DNA of 63,405 nt, the filler included, from Chrysochromulina tobinii (Eukaryota), in the NCBI GenBank assembly GCA_001275005.1. It is 7 parts of 7 records of this genome, joined end to end, with 100 filler letters (N's around TTAATTAATTAA, not from the genome) between each part and the next. Parts side by side here need not be neighbours in the genome. Positions count along the whole stretch, not along the records: positions 48,840 to 59,246 come from JWZX01000391.1; positions 59,347 to 63,405 come from JWZX01000396.1; 5 more parts are not named here. One strand, 5' to 3'. Below are positions 56,901 through 63,405 of the stretch, piece by piece. The notes under the pieces are model-generated. The model was given only the letters and a program-made list of their open reading frames with translations. It did no database searches and was not told the DNA's origin. The first letter of the stretch is position 1. Every line of letters starts with the position of its first letter. The position numbers and the translations under genes were made by a program.

Positions 56901-59148
56901 ACGAGGGGGGGCAGCTCGCGCGCATTCAAACCCTCGGGCGCGAATTCCGCAAGCTGCTCCTCGTGGATGAGCTTCCACAGCTCATTACGGCGCGAGATGA
57001 CGATCTCATCAGCCAGATTCGATCTGCCGCCCTCCATCCAGATACGTGGCACGAGGCAGGTCACGTTGTAGCCGCGGCTGAGCAGTTCCATCTGCGCTTG
57101 GCGCACCTGATGAGGGAGGCCATCAGCATGCAATCAGCATGCGATCAGCATGCCATCAGTATGCCATCAGCATGCAATCAGCAGTTCCATCTGCGCTTGG
57201 CGCACGGCGTTCAGATTGAGGAATCCCATCTCGAGCGGATTGTCGGCCGCTGCCACCGACGAGCAGTCGATGAGGATGGATGGGATCACCGCGGCCCGAG
57301 ATGGGATCTCCGCGGTCCGAGATGGGATCTGGATCTCCGCGGTCCGAGATGGCGCCGCCGCCGCCGCCGCTCTGGCCAAGGGCGCTGCCACGGGCGCCAT
57401 GGGCGCGAACGCGGGCGGCGTGTGCGATGCGAATGGGGGCAGCTGTGAATGTGAATGTGAATGGGAATGGGACATTATGTTCACGGCGGCGCTCGACAGG
57501 GCGGGCAGTGCCATGCCGAGCGGCGTCAGCAGCGTCGTGGCGGGCGTCGCGTCCACGGCGCCGGCACCAAAAGTCTCGTCATTGGCGCCATCGGCGTCCG
57601 CCTCGTCCGTCACTCTCAAGGCACCCTCCGGAGCGTTATCTCCCTGATCGAGCTCCGCATCTCCCTGATCGAGCTCCGCATCTCCCTGCTCGAGCTCCGC
57701 ATTCCACGTGGCCGCCGTGTAGCCTAAAATGGAAGCCGCGCGCTGCTCGACGGCCGTGAGCGTCGCCCACGCATGCATGCACGTCGGGGGTGCCTCGCCT
57801 CGGTCCCACGAGGTTTCGTCATAACCGAGCCACGCCGCGGCTCGTCGCTCGTCCCAGGTCAGATCTCCCCACAGGAGCCCATCGGGGCCCGCCGCACGCC
57901 CAGTTTCGTCATGTGCCCGCGGCAGCGCCGCCGCACGCCCAGTTTCGTCATGTGCCCACGGCAGCGCCGCCGCGGCGGATGCGGTTGGCGCCGGCGGTCG
58001 CGCCGAGGGCGGTGTCGACGGCGCCGTTGCGGGCGCCGCCGTAGCCACACGTAACGGTACCGGTACGGAGGCGAGGGCGGGTTCCCACAGCGCGCGATGG
58101 GGGCTCGTGGCGGCCCAGATGGCGGCGGGGTCATCGGGGCGTAGGGCAGGTAGGGCAGGTAGGGCAGGTAGGGCAGGTAGGGCGGGGAGCTCGTCGGGGG
58201 GTTGGGCATGGGTGCGCTGGTGCGTAGGCGGTGACGACGGCGACAGCGGATGGAGTGGCACTACGTTCGCGTCGTGCGCGAGGGTACCTGTGAATGAGGA
58301 AGGTGCTGTCAAGGAGGGACGAGGTGCGTCGAGCGCGCTGTGGCGAGCGCTGGTGACCCAAATAGGTTCTCATTGGCAATCAACGCACCCTTGCCACCCG
58401 GAGCGTCATCAGAACTCATCAGGAGTCATCAGTGGCCATCAACGCACCCTTGCCGCCAGGAGCGCCCAACTCCCGCAGGAACGTGGACGTCTCCACCGCG
58501 TTGAGCTTCCCAGCCTTGAGGTGCATCGTGTCTGGCAGCTTCCATTGCCGCACGGTACCCAGCCGGCACACACGCACCTGCGCAGGGAAGCCGGACGTTT
58601 CATGCGACCGGCGGGTAGTGGCGCTACTCCAAGCCGTAGGCTCGAGGTTCATCTGCGGCGCGTCGGTCGCGTAAAAGGGGCCGTACAGCACACGCCTGCT
58701 CGAGAGGAGGTGGGGGGCGCCGTGGTGAGCGCTTGCATGCAAGGCAGGTCCTCAGAGGCAATTGACGAACCTCGAGAAGTTGAGGAGGAAGAGCGGCGTG
58801 ACGGCCGGCTCGATGTCACGGCGTAGGGTCGGGAGTTGCCCGCCGTGCTCGCCAAAGAGGGCGCGCCGCATGCACTCGTCGTACCTGATGAGGGAGGCAA
58901 TCAGCATGCCGTCAGCTGCCCGCCGTGCTCGCTAAAAAGAGGGCGCGCCGCATGCACTCGTCGTACCTGATGAGGGAGGCAATCAGCATGCCATCAGCTG
59001 CCCGCCCGTGCTCGCAAAAAAGAGGGCGCGCCGCATGCTCTCGTCGTACGTTTGGCTCGAGCACATGAAGAGGAAGCCGAGTGAAGGCACCGAGGCCGCT
59101 ACGGCGGAGGACGAAGGGCCGCTGCCGCCGCCGCCGCCGCCGCCGCCG
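53723..59148 (-). CDS. Multidomain protein (5'-partial): DCD domain, W..L...E..AA..LGY..W repeats, NYN/Regnase-like PIN domain, and PCIF1/CAPAM-type N6-adenine methyltransferase
   Basis: About 14 exons chain in frame at GT-AG sites. DCD: GFLFMC...TYDEC..RALFG...PLFLLNF..RVLYGPFYA...NLEPTAW...FPAQVRV. NYN: ILIDCSSVA...LVP...ILVTNSKFAD...WPFTFRDGHFVP. MTase: YRY...QAALP...FECYASPLN...YCSAWFDSDRYFG..GPF..F.P.SGSFEANPPF (NPPF at 54489-54478)...MSFVVVIP...H.Y..GLQH...YQNEEGA..WP. Confidence 0.85.
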
Positions 59149-59158
59149 AAAAAAAAAA

Positions 59159-59246
59159 GAGCGCCTCGTTCCACAGCCCGCCCTTGGCACACGCCGCAAC
59201 GGCAGCACTGAAGCTGATCACATTCGGGCTCACGCCCCGAGCTCGC
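59159..59246. repeat. 88-bp exact copy of PPR exon sequence 51917-52004 at the contig end
   Basis: GAGCGCCTCGTTCCACAGCCCGCC...CCCCGAGCTCGC is identical at both sites and follows a poly-A run. Confidence 0.9.
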
Positions 59247-59346
59247 NNNNNNNNNNNNNNNNNNNNNNNNNNNNNNNNNNNNNNNNNNNNTTAATTAATT
59301 AANNNNNNNNNNNNNNNNNNNNNNNNNNNNNNNNNNNNNNNNNNNN
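59247..59346. other. Artificial contig-join spacer
   Basis: 44 N + TTAATTAATTAA + 44 N. Confidence 0.99.
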
Positions 59347-60045
59347 CAGATCACTCTCGTGCACCGATCCGAGCAGCTGCTCCCCGGCGCGCAGCCCTTC
59401 TCGCGCGACGAGGCGCAGCGCCGCCTCCAGTCCGCCGGCGTCGAGCTGCGCCTGGGTACGCGCGTAGTGAACGTGACGCCCGAGGCGATCAGCCTGGTGC
59501 CCACGACGGCGCCCGACGGCGCGCCGGTGACCGAGCTACCGGTGGACCTGACGGTTTGGTCTGCGGGCATGTGCCCATCCTCAGTGGTGCCCGGCCTGCC
59601 GCTGCCGCTCGACGCGCGCGGGCGCATCCTCGCCGACGCGACGCTCCGCGTGCGGGGCCATCCGCGCCTCTTTGCACTTGGGGATGCGGCGGCGGTCGTC
59701 GACGCGCGGCGCGTTGAGGCGCCACCGACGGCGCAGGCGGCCATGCAGCAGGCCGACTACGTCGCGTGGAACGTACGCGCCGTCGTGCGCGGCGAAGCGC
59801 TCCTCCCCTTCCGGTACGAGAACCTCGGGGAGATGCTCTCGCTTGGTGACCAAAGCGCGACGATCGCAGCGCTCGCACAAGCGGTGCGCCTCAACGGCCC
59901 GGTGGCGTACGCCGTACGCCGTGCCGTGTACGCGGCGCGCATGCCCACGTCCACGCAGGCGGCCAAGGTCGGCCTCTCGTGGGCGGTGGATGCCGCGTTT
60001 GGCGCGATGCGCAAGGCGGCCCAGCTGCCTGACAAGAGGAAGTGA
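59347..60045 (+). CDS. Type II NAD(P)H dehydrogenase, NDC1/NdbB-like (C-terminal half, 5'-partial)
   Basis: ITLVHR..QLL, DLTVWSAG, GRILADATLRV.GHPRLFALGDAA, PPTAQAAMQQADYVAWNV and PFRYENLGEMLSLG. Confidence 0.88.
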   Translation, partial: QITLVHRSEQLLPGAQPFSRDEAQRRLQSAGVELRLGTRVVNVTPEAISLVPTTAPDGAPVTELPVDLTVWSAGMCPSSVVPGLPLPLDARGRILADATLRVRGHPRLFALGDAAAVVDARRVEAPPTAQAAMQQADYVAWNVRAVVRGEALLPFRYENLGEMLSLGDQSATIAALAQAVRLNGPVAYAVRRAVYAARMPTSTQAAKVGLSWAVDAAFGAMRKAAQLPDKRK

Positions 60046-60144
60046 GTACTTAAGTCTTGGTGCGAACCGTGTGCATTCATGTTGGCCAAAGAGTACTACA
60101 ACTCGTTGTTCGTTCATTCAGTAGGTCCGGGAAATCGGTGCAAA

Positions 60145-60551
60145 CCCTGTTCAGGGTCGGTGACCCCTGATCAGCCTCCCCGTGCGTGGCGACCAACCGC
60201 GCCCCAATATATTTGATATTTCAAATGAGACCCCTGATCGGAGGCACAATCGAGAGCACGTCCAAGGCAGAGAGGAAGCCGGCAAGAGGGGCTGATCAGG
60301 CCTGATCAGGGTCGCACTGGTTGGGGGTCCCATAGGGTCCCAGCCTCTGTAGGGGCTGATCAGGCCTGATCAGGGTCACACTGTGGTTGGGGGTCCCATA
60401 GGGTCCCAGCCTCGGTAGGGGCTGATCAGGCCTGATCAGGGTCATGTGTTTGCATGCATGTCAAGAAAAAGGTGAAAAAACGTTTCCATTTAAGGCTACT
60501 TGTAAGCGGCCACAAAGAGGCCGTGGCGCCCTGATCAGGCCTGTTCAGGGT
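60145..60551. repeat. CCTGATCAGG palindrome-rich repeat region, including ~3 tandem ~65-bp units
   Basis: GGGGCTGATCAGGCCTGATCAGGGTC at ~60288, ~60352 and ~60418, plus scattered CCTGATCAG / CCTGTTCAGG copies. Confidence 0.85.
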
Positions 60552-60580
60552 GTCGAGGAGAGTCGGACCGCGCGGATATC

Positions 60581-62379
60581 ATGGCATCGGGATTGGCTAT
60601 GCCGGCTGCGGGGCGCGCGACGAGGAGTCAGACCGATGACGACTCGAAGCTGAAAGCGCAAGCATTCATGTTCGCGTTATCTCGCAACGAGGCTGAGGCT
60701 GAGTCCAAACTCAGAGAGCTGGCTGCCGGCGGCAATGCCATCGCTCTTGAAATCGTTGAAATCGCGGACCAGATCAAAGGAATCAACACAGAATCAACAT
60801 ATCTTTGGTCTTGGTCTGCATCATCGCCTCTCTCGGGATGGTGCTACCACCAGCTTCTTACGTGCACATGCTCGATGCATTTGGGGCGGAGGTTTCTCTG
60901 GGCTCCCTCTTCATCGCCTACGAGGCCCTGTCGGGCACCGCAAAATCTCTCATCTTCTCGAGCTGCTGCACGCCGGCCGCCAAGGACGTCTTGAATATGA
61001 TGTTCCGCGCGACCCAGGAGTCGGAGAAGTTCCGCAAGCTCTTTTCGTACATCGCCTTTGATGAAAACGGAACCCCGCTTTCGATCGTGCAAGACGCGAC
61101 CACGCCATCGCTCTTCGGAGATCTGGCTGAACACAACCACCTCGACAAGTTCCAGTACGCCACGCCTGAGGGTGACAACTTCATGGCCAATCTTAAGGCG
61201 TCTTCGGATGGCAAGGGCGCATCCTCGGAGCGGTCCAAGTTCGTGCAAGGCTACGACGGCGAAGAGTGGGAGAAGAAGAACTCTCGCTTGGGCAGTCGAC
61301 GCCCAAGGGTGTGCTTTGACATGACGCTGCTCCTGCAGCCTCCCGTTCTCCTCAAGCTGTTCGAGTGCGACACATCCGCGGCGGGTACTACTGGCTTCTT
61401 TGCCCGATGGCTGGTGCTCGGCGGTAGCAAGGAACCAACGGACTACGCTTCGGGCAAGAACGTCACAGCAGGTGACCTGGGCGCTTTTTTACGCAGCAAG
61501 CAACAAGAGATAGGACAGATGCGCCGCATGGCCACGAAACTTCTCGTGCATGCAGTGACAGCCTGCGTGGTGGTGCCAAACCTAATTGCCCAGCGGATTG
61601 ATGTCCTTATCTCGGCACAGCAACAGGCAATGCAGCCTCCTCTCTCGAGCCCGCCGGAAATGCTCGAGGCCGAGGTGCCTCCTGTGGCTCCTCCTGCCTC
61701 ACGTACTACCCGATCCTCTCAGAAGCGCCCGCATCGTCGCAAATCTTGGGACGGGCTGGGAGACGACGCTGACGTGGGCTCTCAACCGGCTGGGATGCCT
61801 GCACAAGCTGCTCGTGAAGTAGAACCACCTGCAGAAGCGGATGACCCTGCTGATGGCCATGGGCAAGCGAAGAAGAAGTTCAAGTGCGACGCCGACTACC
61901 TCCAGAAGCTCAAGAGAGAGATGATGTACTTCTGTCCTGGCTCTACGGGCAAAGACTCCTGCCAAGCGCAGGTTGCCGCGGCCCTGCAGAGCGTGGAGGA
62001 CACGATGCAGACGTGCCGCTCGACGCAATACTACGGTCCATCGCTGATCAAGCACAAGGTGAACCTGCAGCGGGTCCTCCCGCGGTTGCAAGCCATCTAC
62101 TTAGCCCGCGCGCGCCGCCTTCACCTCGAGACCAAGTTCAAATGGCTCGCTGTTCCGAGCACAGTCGTGGACATTGACTACTTCATGCAGGTCATCTCAT
62201 ACACCTACCAGTTGGACGCTGATGCGCCTGGCATGCTCGGGCCAGTGTGCCTGACTAATCCAGCGCTTTCCGCTCCATGGTGCCCCGACGGTACCGCTAA
62301 TGGTGCAAAAGATGCCCACTGGATCTGGGAGAACGTTGAGCCTGTGCATAGATGCCTCCAAGTGTTGCCGCCGCGATGA
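60581..62379 (+). pseudogene. DUF3987/YfjI-like P-loop NTPase (replication-helicase-like), frameshifted by an 11-bp duplication
   Basis: LF..YEALSGTAKS (Walker A), QDATTPSL, QGYDG, LLQPPVL and GFFARWLV occur in DUF3987 order. Removing one copy of GAATCAACA(C/T)A (60780-60801) fuses ORF 60581 with ORF 60805. Confidence 0.7.
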
Positions 62380-62738
62380 TAGGGCGAATGCGCGATCAAG
62401 GATAGGCGGTGGGAGCATGAGATTGTGTGGCAGGGGCAGGATTAAAGCCTGTGCACAGATGCCTCCGTGTTGCCGCCGCGATGATAGGCCGAATGCGTCG
62501 TACGTCCCTCCCCGGGCCTGCCCGCTCGGACCGCAGCCGCGAGTGTGAGCGGCTCTAGCGAGCTGAGCTCTGCTCGAAGTTGACCTTGGATTTCGGCGCT
62601 ACGCTTTCCTGACGTCGGGCGCGAGCCGTACGAGGCCATGCGCGCCTTTCGCCACGCCCTTGTCCGGCTCGGTCTCTTCTTGCAGCGTCTCCCCGAGCCC
62701 GCCCGCTCCGACCTCCGAGACCCGTCCACAGTGACACA

Positions 62739-63405
62739 TGGGTTAGGAAGGGCGGCGCCAGGGGTGTGGGGATCAGCTAGGGGAGGGAGGAGAGGGCTCG
62801 AGACACCCTCCGCGCAAGTCCTATCTTATTTCAGAGCCGCTCACAGCCCCCTCCGGCTCGGGGTTCCACACACCGGTGGTACCCTCCTCGGACCCGCCCG
62901 CTGCACAGACTTGTTGATGGTGACGCCTGGGTTAGGAAGGGCGGCGCCAGGGGTGTGGGGATCAGCTAGGGGAGGGAGGAGAGGGCTCGAGACACCCTCC
63001 GCGCAAGTCCTATCTTATTTCAGAGCCGCTCACAGCCCCTACACAGCCCCCTCCGGCTCGGGGTTCCACACACCGGTCGTACCCTCCTCGGACCCGCGCC
63101 CGCTCACAGACTTGTTGATGGTGACGCCTGGGTTAGGAAGGGCGGCGCCAGGGGTGTGGGGATCAGCTAGGGGAGGGAGGAGAGGGCTCGAGACACCCTC
63201 CGCGCAAGTCCTATCTTATTTCAGAGCCGCTCACAGCCCCCTCCGGCTCGGGGTTCCACACACCGGTCGTACCCTCCTCGGACCCGCCCGCTGCACAGAC
63301 TTGTTGATGGTGACGCCTGGGTTAGGAAGGGCGGCGCCAGGGGTGTGGGGATCAGCTAGGGGAGGGAGGAGAGGGCTCGAGACACCCTCCGCGCAAGTCC
63401 TATCT
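62739..63405. repeat. ~189-bp tandem repeat (3.5 copies, running off the window)
   Basis: Units begin TGGGTTAGGAAGGGCGGCGCC at 62739, 62928, 63129 and 63318. Unit 2 is 12 bp longer, mainly from an internal ACAGCCCCT duplication. Confidence 0.95.

Noticed and set aside
59159..59246. Biological fusion of a PPR exon onto the 5' end of the DCD-NYN-PCIF1 gene
   Set aside because: An exact 88-bp copy at the very end of a contig after a homopolymer run is more simply a chimeric or assembly artefact; needs read support.
9145..59346. TTAATTAATTAA motif recurring six times, and gene neighbourhoods across it
   Set aside because: Artificial linker within N runs. Adjacency across spacers (e.g. palindrome array beside the MULE, ART gene beside the ankyrin gene) has no biological meaning.
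1..63405. tRNA, rRNA or other structured RNA genes
   Set aside because: None recognisable by eye; a tRNAscan-SE or Infernal search would be needed to exclude them.

Overview
GC-rich eukaryotic genomic DNA. Gene content, GC3 bias and microsatellite-filled spliceosomal introns suggest a haptophyte alga such as Chrysochromulina (inference). The window is not one locus: it is seven unlinked contigs joined by artificial 100-nt spacers (44N-TTAATTAATTAA-44N) at 9145, 15475, 31008, 34600, 48740 and 59247. Recognisable genes: a TrmB-like methyltransferase, a PAO-family Rieske oxygenase, an alpha/beta hydrolase, an FHA protein head-to-head with RNASEH2B, a GST with a WW-like insert, a PPR protein, an NDC1-like type II NADH dehydrogenase and a RAD51C pseudogene fragment. 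Several large multidomain proteins have unusual architectures: DCD + NYN/Regnase-like RNase + PCIF1/CAPAM m6Am methyltransferase; pseudo-RhoGAP + 8 PDZ + EF-hand/IQ + WD40; TIR + SH3-like + 10-aa repeats; ankyrin + IRAK/Pelle-like kinase; and degenerate ART and PARP-like domains. Mobile DNA: an intron-rich Mutator (MULE) element with a second PHD-like gene, a MITE, and a frameshifted DUF3987-like NTPase flanked by repeat arrays. Two non-coding patterns stand out. (i) A 16-unit, ~41-bp periodic palindrome/spacer array at 8211-8889. (ii) A stereotyped intron architecture across many genes (duplicated exon-edge copy + ATCA-type microsatellite + conserved 3' end TGATTGCCTCCCTCATCAG), suggesting an ongoing intron-generating process. 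All domain calls are by motif recognition by eye; no database search was run.
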